From: an uncultured Christensenella sp.
Lineage (GTDB): Bacteria; Bacillota; Clostridia; Christensenellales; Aristaeellaceae
DNA length: 49,292 nucleotides
Direction: 5' to 3'
Assembly (NCBI GenBank): GCA_964629345.1
Contig: CAZVSG010000002.1
Span: forward strand, 1 to 49,292
Shown: in pieces, positions 36,584-46,532 of the stretch
Layout: the number at the start of each line of letters is the position of its first letter
How positions within the stretch are numbered: the first letter of the stretch is position 1
Made by a program: the position numbers and the translations under genes
The notes under the pieces: generated by a model
What the model was told of the DNA's origin: nothing
The model's input: the letters and a program-made list of their open reading frames with translations, nothing else
The model's database searches: none

Positions 36584-38699
36584 GCTCCGCCTCCTCGGCC
36601 TCCTCCGCCTGTTCGTGATGCCGGCAGGTCTCGTTGCTGCAGAGGAGCCAGAGACTGTTTTTCCGATAGCGCTCCGTCATGAAGCTTTCGCAGACCGGGC
36701 ATTTCTTCTCGGCGACCTTGTCCCATGAGGTAAAGCCGCAGTCGGGAAAGCGCTCGCAGCCGTAGAATTTCCGTCCCTTGCGCGTGGTCTTTTCCAGAAG
36801 GCCTGCCCCGCATTCCGGGCACAGCGCCTTGATATAGGTCAGGACCGGCTTCGTGCTCCGGCATTCCGGAAAGCGCGGGCAGGCCAGGAACCGGCCGTAG
36901 CGGCTCATCTTATAGACCATCATCGCGCCGCACTGCTCACAGGGTACGTCGGACACCTCATCGGGAATCTCGACCCTTTCCAGCTTGGTCTCAGCGTGTT
37001 CGACCATTTCGTGGAAGGACGGATAAAACTCCCTCAGGATCGATTTCCACTCCGTCTTTCCCTCAGCCACCTCGTCCAGCCTGTTCTCCATCTGCGCAGT
37101 GAACTCAAGGTCGACGACGGGCGCGAAGTATTCCAGCATGATGGCGTTCACCATCTTCCCGATCTGGGTGGGATACAGCTTCTTTTTCTCACGGGATACG
37201 TAGCCGCGGGAGAGGATCGTGCCGATGGTGGGCGCATAGGTTGAGGGACGCCCGATACCTTTCTCCTCCAGCGCGCGGATCAGGGAGGCCTCGGTGTATC
37301 TGCCCGGCGGCTGGGTGAAGCGCTGCTCGGTAAAAACGTCAAGGATCCTGACCGCGTCACCCTCCCTGAAATCCGGCAGGCTGCTCTGTACCTCCTGCCC
37401 GTTCTCGTCCGTTCCCTCTTCATACAGGGCGGTGAAGCCGGCAAACGTTTTATGCTCGGCATAATAGCGGAGCGTCACGCCCTCGGAGACCAGGTCAGCG
37501 GTGAAGGTCTCATAGACGGCGTCCTGCATCTGGCTGGCCAGGAAGCGTGAATAGATCAGGCGGTACAGCTGCAGCTGCTCCCGGCTCAGGTATGCCTTGA
37601 TGCTCTCGGGCGTTCTTGCAGCGTCTGTGGGGCGGATGGCCTCGTGCGCATCCTGGGCGCGGCCGGACGCCTTGTATTCCCTCGCTGCCTTGGGAAGATA
37701 CTTTTCGCCGTAGGTTTTTTCGATCATGTCGCGCGCTGAGGAGACCGCTTCCGCGCTGACGCGGACAGAATCAGTGCGGATATAGGTGACCAGGCCGACG
37801 CTGCCTTCACCGCCCAGCTCAACGCCCTCATACAGCCCCTGGACGACCTGCATCGTGCGGGAGGAAGAAAAATTCAGCTTTCGGCTGGCCTCCTGCTGCA
37901 GGGCGGAGGTCGTAAAGGGCGGGGCGGGGGCCTTGACCCGTTTCTTCTGTTTGATCTGGCCGACCTTAAAGGTACCGGCAAGGATCCTGTCCCGGATTCT
38001 ACCGGCGCTCTTCTCATCCTTGACGGCGGTCTTCCTGCCGTTTACGGCGCTGAGCTTCGCGCGCAGGGGAGACTTTCCCGGCTTGCTGCTCCCGGCCGCG
38101 AAATCCGCGCTGATCTCCCAATACTCCTCAGGGATGAAGGCGTCGATCTCCTCCTCGCGCTCGGAAACAAGTCTGAGCGCGACGCTCTGTACGCGGCCGG
38201 CTGACAGGCCCTTCTTGATCTTCGCCCACAGGAGGGGACTGATCTGATAGCCTACGATCCTGTCCAGTGCGCGGCGGGCCTGCTGGGCGTTCACGCGGTC
38301 CATGTCGATGGATCGGGGGGCTTTGACAGCGTCCTTTACGTATTTTTTGGTGATCTCCTGGAACTCCACACGCATGGGCTTGCTGCCATCCAGTCCAAGT
38401 GCCTGGGCCAGATGCCATGAGATCGCTTCCCCTTCCCGGTCAGGGTCGGTCGCCAGCAGCACCTGGCTTGCGCCTTTGGCCAGCTTTCGAAGCTTGGCAA
38501 GGATCTCCCCCCTGCCGTGGATGGTGATGTACTTGATGGCAAAATCCTCGTCCGGCTGAATCCCGAACTGGGATTTCGGCAGGTCACGGACGTGCCCCTG
38601 CGAAGCCTCGACTTTATAGTCCCTTCCTAAAAAACGCGCCACAGTGCGCGCTTTGGCAGGGGATTCAACAATGACCAGTTTATAACTTCTTGCCTGCAA
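36576..38699 (-). CDS. topA: DNA topoisomerase I
   Basis: TOPRIM region LVIVESPAKA..I...LG....V.AS.GH.RDL and ATDPDREGEAI.WH; active-site region YITY.RTDS; C-terminal Cys4 zinc ribbons (CP.CG..). The TTG start at 38699 has GGAGG 6 nt upstream. Confidence 0.97.
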   Translation of the reverse strand: MQARSYKLVIVESPAKARTVARFLGRDYKVEASQGHVRDLPKSQFGIQPDEDFAIKYITIHGRGEILAKLRKLAKGASQVLLATDPDREGEAISWHLAQALGLDGSKPMRVEFQEITKKYVKDAVKAPRSIDMDRVNAQQARRALDRIVGYQISPLLWAKIKKGLSAGRVQSVALRLVSEREEEIDAFIPEEYWEISADFAAGSSKPGKSPLRAKLSAVNGRKTAVKDEKSAGRIRDRILAGTFKVGQIKQKKRVKAPAPPFTTSALQQEASRKLNFSSSRTMQVVQGLYEGVELGGEGSVGLVTYIRTDSVRVSAEAVSSARDMIEKTYGEKYLPKAAREYKASGRAQDAHEAIRPTDAARTPESIKAYLSREQLQLYRLIYSRFLASQMQDAVYETFTADLVSEGVTLRYYAEHKTFAGFTALYEEGTDENGQEVQSSLPDFREGDAVRILDVFTEQRFTQPPGRYTEASLIRALEEKGIGRPSTYAPTIGTILSRGYVSREKKKLYPTQIGKMVNAIMLEYFAPVVDLEFTAQMENRLDEVAEGKTEWKSILREFYPSFHEMVEHAETKLERVEIPDEVSDVPCEQCGAMMVYKMSRYGRFLACPRFPECRSTKPVLTYIKALCPECGAGLLEKTTRKGRKFYGCERFPDCGFTSWDKVAEKKCPVCESFMTERYRKNSLWLLCSNETCRHHEQAEEAEEAEHA

Positions 38700-38717
38700 A
38701 AAAGCCTCCAGCGATCG

Positions 38718-39821
38718 TCATCTTCGTGCCTGCCTGAACACACGGCCGGGAAGGGAATCGATCAGTCCAAATAGTTCCAGCTGCGTGATCATCACATTCA
38801 GCTGCGGCGCCGGGACCTCAAGGAGCTCCAATAATTCGTCAAAGCCCCTGGGTTCATCGCACAGCGCATCATATAGCCTGCGCTGCTGGTTTGTCAAATC
38901 AGGCATCGGGAGCTCCAGCTGCTCAGCGCCTTGTCCATGCTGCCAGCCCATGTCCTCCATGATGTCCGCAGCCGAGGTGACAAGGCGAGCCCCTTCACGG
39001 ATCATGCGGTGGGGCAGCTCGCTGCCCGGCAAGCCCACCTGACCGGGCAGCGCGAACACTTCCCGTCCCTGCTCCAGCGCGTGCCCAATGGTGATCTGGG
39101 TGCCGCTCTTCTCTCGCGCTTCGATCAGCACGACCCCGTGGCTGAGCCCAGAGACCAGGCGGTTCCGGAAGGGAAAATGAAAGGAGAGCGGTTCGGCGCT
39201 GGGGTGAAACTCACTGATCAATGCCCCGCCCTGACGGATCATCTTTTCTGCAAGGTCGGCGTTTTCCTGCGGATATACTCGGTTGATGCCGGAACCCAGA
39301 ATGGCGATGGTCCTTCCGCCGCCGTCCAGCGCGCCCTCATGCGCCGCGGTATCGACCCCCCGGGCCAGGCCGCTCACCACGGCGACGCCGTTTGCGGCCA
39401 GATCCCTCGCGATGCGGAAAGCCTGGTCCCGTCCGTATTTTGTCTCGCGGCGGGATCCGATGATCGCGATGGCGCGTTCCTCATGCTTTATCATCCTTCC
39501 CCTGTAAAACAGCAGATCTGGGGGATCACCGATCTTTTCAAGCAGGTCCGGAAAATCCCGATCACCAAAAACCGTCAGCGAGATCCCGCTGCGGATGAGG
39601 GACTTTTCGATCCTTTCCAGGCCTTTTGTGCGCAGGTCAGCCAGTTCGGCATATGCCTTGCTCCCCGTGACCATCGCCATATCCGGCGTGAACCCGTCAA
39701 AGACCGCTTCCGCGGACCGGTATGTTTCAAGCAGGCGCTTCCGATTGCTGAAACTCAAGGACTCACTGCAGGAAAGCCAGACCCGGCAAAGCCTTTCCCG
39801 TGTCTCAGGCATGCCGGTCAC
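38718..39821 (-). CDS. dprA: DNA-processing protein DprA (Smf)
   Basis: AI.GSR....YG......A..LA..G..VVSGLA.G.D..AH.GAL..GG.TIA.LG.G....YP..N. GTG start at 39821. It overlaps comM by 17 nt. Confidence 0.93.
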   Translation of the reverse strand: MTGMPETRERLCRVWLSCSESLSFSNRKRLLETYRSAEAVFDGFTPDMAMVTGSKAYAELADLRTKGLERIEKSLIRSGISLTVFGDRDFPDLLEKIGDPPDLLFYRGRMIKHEERAIAIIGSRRETKYGRDQAFRIARDLAANGVAVVSGLARGVDTAAHEGALDGGGRTIAILGSGINRVYPQENADLAEKMIRQGGALISEFHPSAEPLSFHFPFRNRLVSGLSHGVVLIEAREKSGTQITIGHALEQGREVFALPGQVGLPGSELPHRMIREGARLVTSAADIMEDMGWQHGQGAEQLELPMPDLTNQQRRLYDALCDEPRGFDELLELLEVPAPQLNVMITQLELFGLIDSLPGRVFRQARR

Positions 39822-41352
39822 CCCAGTATTTTCCGTCCAGCATGCGGTACTGAACGGCTTCCGCCATCGCGGCCAGCCCGACCGTCTCCTCGTTGGCCAG
39901 GTCGGCGATGGTCCTGGCCACCCTGATGAGCCGGGTATAGGCGCGCATGCTCATCCCATAGCGTTTCACCGCGTTTTGAAGGAGCGACAGCGCATCGGGC
40001 ATGACGTTCGCTGCGCTCTCCATGTTTTTGCCGCGCATCTGCGCGTTGGTGCGGATCCCTGTTCCATGAAAGCGCTTTGCCTGAAGGTCTCTCGCCGACC
40101 GGACCCTTCCCCTGACCTCAAGGCTGCCCTCCGTCGCCGGCCCTCTGACGATCTCCTCCACAGGCACCGCGTCCACCTCCACCTGGATGTCGATGCGATC
40201 CAGCAGGGGGCCGGAGATCCTGTCAAGGTACTTCTTGATCTCATGGCTGCCGCAGCGGCAGTGGTGCGTCTTGCTGCCGAAGTAGCCGCAGGGGCATGGA
40301 TTCATGCTGGCGATCATCATGATCCGCGACAGGTACTGCGTGTGCGCCTTCACGCGGGAAATGGTGATCTCGCCGTCCTCCAGCGGCTGGCGCAGCGCTT
40401 CCAGGATATGCCGCGGATACTCCGGCATTTCATCCAGAAACAGGACGCCGTTGTGCGCGAGGGATACCTCACCCGGCAGGGCGCGGGTCCCCCCTCCGAT
40501 GAGCGAGGCAAGGGACGCCGTGTGATGCGGGGAACGGAACGGCCGCTGAGTGATCAGCCCTGAACCGGGCTTGAGCACGCCTGCCGCGGAGTGGATGCGG
40601 GTCGTCTCAAAGGCTTCCTCCTGCTTCATTTCCGGCAGCAGTCCGGGCAGGCAGCGCGCCAGCAGCGTCTTTCCGGAGCCCGGTGTCCCGATGAGCAGGA
40701 GATTGTGTCCGCCGGCAGCCGCGATCTCCAGCGCGCGCCTGGCGGCCTGCTGTCCGCGCACCTGGGACAGGTCCGTATCATATGTGCTGCCTGTCAGGCA
40801 GTCTTCATAGTTCCTCTGGATCTGCGCCGGGATATGCAGCTTGCCGGAAATGTGCTGCGCTGTTTCATACAGGCTGGAAGCGGGGTACACCTCCATCCCG
40901 CTGACCACCTCGACCTCCCTGGCGTTGTCCCTGGGCAGGATGACTTTGCGGATGCCAAGTTCATGCGCGAGGATCACCATGGACAGCGCCCCGTTCACCG
41001 GGCGGAGTTTCCCGTCCAGGGCGAGCTCCCCGAACAGCAGGGTGTCCTCTATGCCGGGCGCCTGCAGCTGTCGGCTGGCCAGAATGACCGCGATGGCGAT
41101 GGGCAGGTCGAAAGCGCCGCCCTCCTTGCGCAGGTCGGCAGGCGAGAGGCTGACGACGGTATGCCCGATGGGCATGATGAATCCGCTGTTTTTCAGCGCT
41201 GCGCCCACCCGGTCCCGGCTTTCCTTGACCGCGGCGTCAGGAAGACCGACGAGGTTGAACTGGAAACTGCTGGCCGAGGTGATGAAGGCCTCCACGCTGA
41301 CCGGTTCTCCCTGGATCCCATTGAGCGCCATGCATTTCGTCCGCGCAAGCAT
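39805..41352 (-). CDS. comM: YifB/ComM family Mg-chelatase-like AAA+ ATPase
   Basis: An N-terminal Lon-protease-like domain (G......VE......P.F..VGLPD.AV.ES..RV..A..N.G), Walker A GPPGSGKT-like (GTPGSGKT), GVLFLDE and a C-terminal ChlI-type domain. Confidence 0.93.
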   Translation of the reverse strand: MLARTKCMALNGIQGEPVSVEAFITSASSFQFNLVGLPDAAVKESRDRVGAALKNSGFIMPIGHTVVSLSPADLRKEGGAFDLPIAIAVILASRQLQAPGIEDTLLFGELALDGKLRPVNGALSMVILAHELGIRKVILPRDNAREVEVVSGMEVYPASSLYETAQHISGKLHIPAQIQRNYEDCLTGSTYDTDLSQVRGQQAARRALEIAAAGGHNLLLIGTPGSGKTLLARCLPGLLPEMKQEEAFETTRIHSAAGVLKPGSGLITQRPFRSPHHTASLASLIGGGTRALPGEVSLAHNGVLFLDEMPEYPRHILEALRQPLEDGEITISRVKAHTQYLSRIMMIASMNPCPCGYFGSKTHHCRCGSHEIKKYLDRISGPLLDRIDIQVEVDAVPVEEIVRGPATEGSLEVRGRVRSARDLQAKRFHGTGIRTNAQMRGKNMESAANVMPDALSLLQNAVKRYGMSMRAYTRLIRVARTIADLANEETVGLAAMAEAVQYRMLDGKYWGDRHA

Positions 41353-41367
41353 TTGAAGGTCCCTTTC

Positions 41368-44300
41368 TCAGTAGTAGAGCCAGTTCGGGAACCATTTCAT
41401 CGCGTCCAGCCAGGCTGTGGAAACCCTCATGCCGCTGAGGTATGGGAAGAACGCGGCGAACAGGATCAGGGCGATGGCCGGCAGGCCGATCAGGAGCGCT
41501 TTCCCGGCCCGTTCATTCCGTTTCATCAGGCAGCTGACCAGAAGGGTGATGCACAGGATGATGAAGGGGACGGAAGGAAAATAATGGTAGATATAGGTGC
41601 CGCGGGGCACCAGGATCCACGGCAGGTATTGGGCCGCGAAGGCGACCAGCAGCATTACAGGACGTCTGTCTCGGCGGAGCGGTTCCGGCATGCGGATGAT
41701 GCCGGCATATGAGACAGCCCTGTAACCGGCAAGAACAGAAACCAGGATGAGCGCTATAAGGCCGCCCCACCAGACCAGGGGATTGCCGAAGGAGAGGATG
41801 GTGCTGGCCGTACCGTTGGCCACTCCGCCGGAATAATAGTACATCGGTTTGATGATCAATGGCCACTCATACCACGGGGAGCTGAAAAAGTGATCCGCCC
41901 CAAGGCCCTTGGCAGAATGGTAACTGAACATCCCTTGATTCGCGCTGATGACCTTCCTGACGGTCAGCCCGCCGGGCGTGCTGATGAATACCGGGATATA
42001 AGACAGATAATAGATCACCGCCGGGACCGCAGCGAAGAACAGCAGGCACCAAAGGGCTGTCATCAGGGTGTTCCTGAACCATTTTTCAGCGTATGCCTTC
42101 GCCTTTTCCGCTTTGTCCCCCAGCGCGTCAAGCTCCTTGCGCGTCAGTTTCGCGCAGGCAAGGCCCCTGAGCGCCGTCCTGACGACCGACCAGAAAAACA
42201 GCACGGCCAATCCTGCGCCGGCGTAGATCCCCGTCCATTTGCTCGCGATCGCAAGCCCCATCATGAGCCCGGAGAAGAACAGGGACGGCAGGGTCTTTTT
42301 GAGCGGCCGCAGGATACAGTCCATGTCCATCCAGCGGAACATGAAGTAATAGGCATAGATGATGAACAGGGTCGCGAAGCTGTCGATGGTGGCGATCCGG
42401 GTCTGTGTGAAGTGCATGAAGTCAAAGGCCATCAGAAGCATCGCGAACACTCCGAATCTCTTGCGGCCGGTAAACTGCCTGCCCAGGAGGTACAGCCCGG
42501 GCAGCATGAGCACCCCGGCCAGAGCGCCCGCGAAACGCCATCCAAAGGGCGTCATGCCGAAAACCATCACGCTGAAGGTCATCAGCACCTTCCCCAGCGG
42601 GGGATGGCTTGTCTCATAGATCGCGCTGGGCTCCTCGCCCAGCAGCGCGTTGCGCTGCTCGTAGGCCGTGCGGGCATGGTAGATCTCGTCAAAGTACATG
42701 CTGTTGTACCAGCTGGGCGGGCCGGAAAGCGTTCCCTGCTCGTCAGCCAGCCGTTCAGCGCCGGGGGACGCCGGGGAGAGCGGGATGTTCTGCCCCGTAT
42801 TCAGATCCTGAGCGGCCGCCTCCATCAGCGTGAGCTTCGCGCCTGTTGCGGTCAAGCGGATATAGCGGCCTGACAGTTCCTGCGGAATGCCGAAATAGGA
42901 GACCGATCCGTCAGGGGACCGGGAAGCCTGGCTGAGCGTCCTCCAGGCGAAGCAGTCACCGTACTGGACCCGGGCGGGGTATGACACCCAGTCTTCGCCG
43001 TTTTCACTGATCTCTACGGTGAACCCACTGTCCTGCCAGTGGATCCCGGGAAACATCAGGAACATGAACGAGCGTGTCTCCCCCAGGTCCAGCGTTGCTG
43101 AGACGTTTTCACCGCCGGATACCCAGGGCGTCTGGGGAGAAACCGTGGAGCCAAGGTTGACAAAGGCCAGGATGGCGTACAGGGCCGTGATGCCAAGGAT
43201 GATCGCCGCGTCCTTCCGGCCGGGCTTCGCTGCGTGAGGGGTGTCGGCAAGGAACGCAAAGCGGTCATCCCGCCTGGTTTCACCGCGCATGATCAGTTTC
43301 CGTCTGAGAGGGCGGGCCTGTGAATCCGGACGGGTCAGCTCCATCCCCAGGTAGAGCGCATAGGAGGCGACGGGGAGGCTGAACGCGGACAGCGCGTATT
43401 CCAGCCAGGCGGAATCGCTGAGGAGCCCCGCCATGGGAGCGGAAAGGTTTCCCGAAGCGCCGCCGATCCGTACGCCCCGGTCCAGTGCGACGCCGGAATT
43501 GAGGAAGCACAGCGCGGTGACGCAGATCAGCAGGAGGAGAAGCCGCCGGTCGCGCCTTATGACGTATGCCAGCGTCAGCAGGGATACGGCCAGGAAAAGA
43601 TAGCGCTCATGCATCATGACGCCCAGCACGAAAAAGAGGGTCAGGAGAACACCGGCCATGAGGGAAAGGTTCTCCGCCTTTTTCCCCCTGACGTATTGCC
43701 AGGAAACCATCAGGAAGGAAGAGACCATCAGCAAGGTACCCTGAAGCGAAAAGCTCATCGGGAACAGGGTGACAAGCGCCGGAATCAGCGCGGCGAGCAG
43801 GGGCGCTTCCTTTATAAGCGATTTGGCAAGTTTCTCTTCACCGGAGGATTTACTTCCTTGCCACAGGAAGACTGCCGTCGGGATCAGCAAGACGAACAAG
43901 CCCGTCAGCCGCAGCAGGAAGGGCGCGGGACCGGCAATGCCTGTCCAGTTCCTGCCGAACAGGAAATACAGGTTTGCCGCGTTGACAGAGGCGTAGTTGT
44001 AGTACCCCATGGTGTCCCCGTAATGGGAGAAAAGCCACGGGATCCCGTTTTGCTCATTGAAGAAGGGCAACGCGACCGCCGCGGCGGTAAGGATCGACAG
44101 CAAGATCCCGATGAGCACGCTGCGCAGCAGCGCTTTCCTGTCCTTCTGCCAGAACCACTCCATCACCAGGGCCAGCAGCCCCAGCGGACCTGCCATCAGC
44201 GCCTGAGGCTTCATCAGGACCGCCAGCACGTAGACCGGCAGCGCCGCCTGCCAGCGTCTTGCGCTGATCATAAGAACTGCGATCATCAACAGCAGCGAGG

Positions 44301-45474
44301 GCACGCTGTCGACCTGCCCCCAGGCGGAACCGATCAGGTATGGCAGCGGGCTGAAGGCGTACAGCATGGCCAATAGCAGCGCCGCGCGGTGGCTGACGCT
44401 CTTTTTGGCGATCAGGTAGAGCAGCGCGACAATGCCCATATCAAAGAACATCGCGGGCAGCTTGACCATCATCTCCGTAGCGCCGGTGCCAAGCGCCCTG
44501 CCGATCAGCCCCAGCGGCCACAGGACCAGCATATATCCCGGCGGATAATCGCTCAGGGTATCGGTGAGGTAGAATCGCGCTGGCCCGATCTCCGCCATCT
44601 GGTTGGCCCATGCCCTGAAACAGTTTATATCGACAGGGAATCCCGGCACGATCCAGGCGATGAGCAGCCTTGACAGAAACGCGAAAAGCAAAAGCGAGAA
44701 GAATTCAAGATACTGCTGCCGATTGCTTTGTGACAGCACGCTCTGTGCATGCCGCTCAACCCCGGATGCAAAGAACAGAAGCAGCAGCGCGCCGAACACC
44801 GTCATCACCAGCAGCCAGGGCGCGGCAGGCCGTGCCTGTGCGGCAGCCGCATCCGGCACATCGATCTGCGCCTGCTCCTGCTGATCCCAGGATTCAGCAT
44901 AGGATCCATCGGGCACGTCCTCCACGGCCATCAGGGAGAGCCCGTCGAACTCAGCAAAGCCGGCGGACTCGCCCGAGTAACCGCCAAGGCGGGCGAACAG
45001 AGTCACCTCCCGCTGCTTGCTGCCCGTCCTGCCGTACAGCGTCATGCTTTCCCACTCGCCCTGCGTGTCATATACAGGGTCTGAGAAAACATAGATGCCC
45101 CCAACGGACAGGTTGGCCCCGCGGCCCCCGTCCGCCAAAGCGCGGATAAACCCGCTGAAGCGGTAAAGGGTATCCGGGCTGACCTGAACAGACTGGACAA
45201 AGCGGGCGTCGTTGGGCGAGTGATTGTCGATCCGGATCCCGCTGCCGCTCTTTCCCTCCGTCACGGAAAAGTCCGTGATGTCCGGGTCATTGAAATAGGA
45301 CTCCGGCAGCCAGTGCTCGGGCAGCAGTTCCGCGCTGACCAGTTCAAACTCGCCGTTCTGAAGCAGTTCGACCCCCGTTTTGACAGGCTTGGTTTGACGC
45401 ACTGCCAGAAACCAAATCAATGCCAGGGCCAGCACCGCGGCGGCCAGCAGCAGGACGGGTCTCTTCCCTTTCAT
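41368..45474 (-). CDS. Very large polytopic membrane protein carrying two GT-C-type (polyprenyl-phosphate-sugar dependent) glycosyltransferase modules plus extracytoplasmic beta-sandwich domains
   Basis: 1368 aa, built in five parts. (1) A signal anchor. (2) A CBM4_9-like jelly-roll (NGEFE... at aa 40-185). (3) A multi-TM module with D.NCF..WA......G...FY.....SDYPPGY, resembling Gpi18/PIG-V-like mannosyltransferases. (4) A soluble insert resembling the F5/8-type C (discoidin) domain (SGRYIRL). (5) A PMT/GT39-like module (MYFDEIYHARTAYE, ETSHPPLGK, FGWRF). SD GAGGAGA precedes the start. Confidence 0.75.
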   Translation of the reverse strand: MKGKRPVLLLAAAVLALALIWFLAVRQTKPVKTGVELLQNGEFELVSAELLPEHWLPESYFNDPDITDFSVTEGKSGSGIRIDNHSPNDARFVQSVQVSPDTLYRFSGFIRALADGGRGANLSVGGIYVFSDPVYDTQGEWESMTLYGRTGSKQREVTLFARLGGYSGESAGFAEFDGLSLMAVEDVPDGSYAESWDQQEQAQIDVPDAAAAQARPAAPWLLVMTVFGALLLLFFASGVERHAQSVLSQSNRQQYLEFFSLLLFAFLSRLLIAWIVPGFPVDINCFRAWANQMAEIGPARFYLTDTLSDYPPGYMLVLWPLGLIGRALGTGATEMMVKLPAMFFDMGIVALLYLIAKKSVSHRAALLLAMLYAFSPLPYLIGSAWGQVDSVPSLLLMIAVLMISARRWQAALPVYVLAVLMKPQALMAGPLGLLALVMEWFWQKDRKALLRSVLIGILLSILTAAAVALPFFNEQNGIPWLFSHYGDTMGYYNYASVNAANLYFLFGRNWTGIAGPAPFLLRLTGLFVLLIPTAVFLWQGSKSSGEEKLAKSLIKEAPLLAALIPALVTLFPMSFSLQGTLLMVSSFLMVSWQYVRGKKAENLSLMAGVLLTLFFVLGVMMHERYLFLAVSLLTLAYVIRRDRRLLLLLICVTALCFLNSGVALDRGVRIGGASGNLSAPMAGLLSDSAWLEYALSAFSLPVASYALYLGMELTRPDSQARPLRRKLIMRGETRRDDRFAFLADTPHAAKPGRKDAAIILGITALYAILAFVNLGSTVSPQTPWVSGGENVSATLDLGETRSFMFLMFPGIHWQDSGFTVEISENGEDWVSYPARVQYGDCFAWRTLSQASRSPDGSVSYFGIPQELSGRYIRLTATGAKLTLMEAAAQDLNTGQNIPLSPASPGAERLADEQGTLSGPPSWYNSMYFDEIYHARTAYEQRNALLGEEPSAIYETSHPPLGKVLMTFSVMVFGMTPFGWRFAGALAGVLMLPGLYLLGRQFTGRKRFGVFAMLLMAFDFMHFTQTRIATIDSFATLFIIYAYYFMFRWMDMDCILRPLKKTLPSLFFSGLMMGLAIASKWTGIYAGAGLAVLFFWSVVRTALRGLACAKLTRKELDALGDKAEKAKAYAEKWFRNTLMTALWCLLFFAAVPAVIYYLSYIPVFISTPGGLTVRKVISANQGMFSYHSAKGLGADHFFSSPWYEWPLIIKPMYYYSGGVANGTASTILSFGNPLVWWGGLIALILVSVLAGYRAVSYAGIIRMPEPLRRDRRPVMLLVAFAAQYLPWILVPRGTYIYHYFPSVPFIILCITLLVSCLMKRNERAGKALLIGLPAIALILFAAFFPYLSGMRVSTAWLDAMKWFPNWLYY

Positions 45475-45483
45475 TGTTTCTCC

Positions 45484-45822
45484 TCAGTTTTCATGCAGGA
45501 TGTCCGGAAAATACAGCACGCCGGCGCGGGTGATCTCCAGGCAGCCGATCCGGTACGGCGAAGGCTTTTCTGACAGATACGCACGTACCGCGTTTTTCAG
45601 CTTCATCCGCTTGTCGCGCGTGATGCTGTCCAGCCCGGAACCCAGCCTGCCTTCCGGGCGGTACTTGACCTCTATGAAACACAGGATCTCCCGATCGCGG
45701 GCGATGATGTCGATCTCCCCATGCACTGTGCGGAAACGCGTCTTCAGGATGCGAAGACCCTGCCGCGAAAGATACTCCGCGGCGAGGCGTTCTCCCATCA
45801 GGCCTGTCTGATAACCGGTCAT
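45484..45822 (-). CDS. yraN: YraN family (UPF0102) endonuclease-like protein
   Basis: G...GE..A..YL...G..IL..........GEIDIIA.D.....F.EVK.R. The ATG at 45822 overlaps the rnhB stop by 1 nt (TGATG). The track start at 45867 adds 15 residues. Confidence 0.85.
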   Translation of the reverse strand: MTGYQTGLMGERLAAEYLSRQGLRILKTRFRTVHGEIDIIARDREILCFIEVKYRPEGRLGSGLDSITRDKRMKLKNAVRAYLSEKPSPYRIGCLEITRAGVLYFPDILHEN

Positions 45823-46532
45823 CAGCGAAGTATCCTTTTCAGGAAAGTCATGCGGTGCTCGGGACAAGGCCCAAATGCCCTGACAGCCTCGGCGTGCGCT
45901 TTTGTCCCATACCCCTTGTGGGATGCGAACCCATACGCCGGGTAGAGGCGGTCCAGCGTCTGCATTTCCCTGTCCCTGGAAACTTTTGCGACGATGGACG
46001 CGGCGGCAATGGCGTAACTGACCGCATCGCCGTGAATGATGGCCCTTTCCTCCCCGTCAAGACCGACGTCAGTGACTGCGTCGATGAGAAACAGACGGAC
46101 GGGCGCCCCTGCCGCGGCGCGGCGCATGGCCAGCTTTGTCGCCTGGAGAATGTTGATCCCATCGATCTCCCGGGCTTCAGCTCTGCCTGTCCCGACAAAG
46201 ATGGCATGCCGGAGGATCTGATCATACAGCAGCTCCCGCTGTTTTTCGGACAGGGCTTTTGAATCATACACGCCCTCGATCCTGGGCGCTCTGGGCATCA
46301 CCACGCAGGCTGCCGTGACACAGCCCGCCAGAGGCCCCCGCCCTGCCTCATCGATCCCGGCAAAGCACAGGCCCTTGTCCCACAGCGCTTCATCATGGGC
46401 GTAGACGCCCTTGATGCGTTCAGCCTTCGTCAATCGCGCCTCCACCGGGAGCTTCCAGCGTGATCCGTCCCAGGAGGCCTGCGCGGAACTCATCCAGCAC
46501 GCAGACGGCCCCCCGTTCCAGATCCTTTTCAC
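45822..46532 (-). CDS. rnhB: Ribonuclease HII
   Basis: GIDEAGRGPLAG.V.AA.V, DSK.LS...R, ..D, and HPEHR-like C-terminal motifs. The start is uncertain. The options are ATG at 46532 or 46493 (deep overlap with rbgA), GTG at 46445, or TTG at 46433; the last has GGAGG 5 nt upstream and gives 203 aa. Confidence 0.9.
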   Translation of the reverse strand: MKRIWNGGPSACWMSSAQASWDGSRWKLPVEARLTKAERIKGVYAHDEALWDKGLCFAGIDEAGRGPLAGCVTAACVVMPRAPRIEGVYDSKALSEKQRELLYDQILRHAIFVGTGRAEAREIDGINILQATKLAMRRAAAGAPVRLFLIDAVTDVGLDGEERAIIHGDAVSYAIAAASIVAKVSRDREMQTLDRLYPAYGFASHKGYGTKAHAEAVRAFGPCPEHRMTFLKRILR

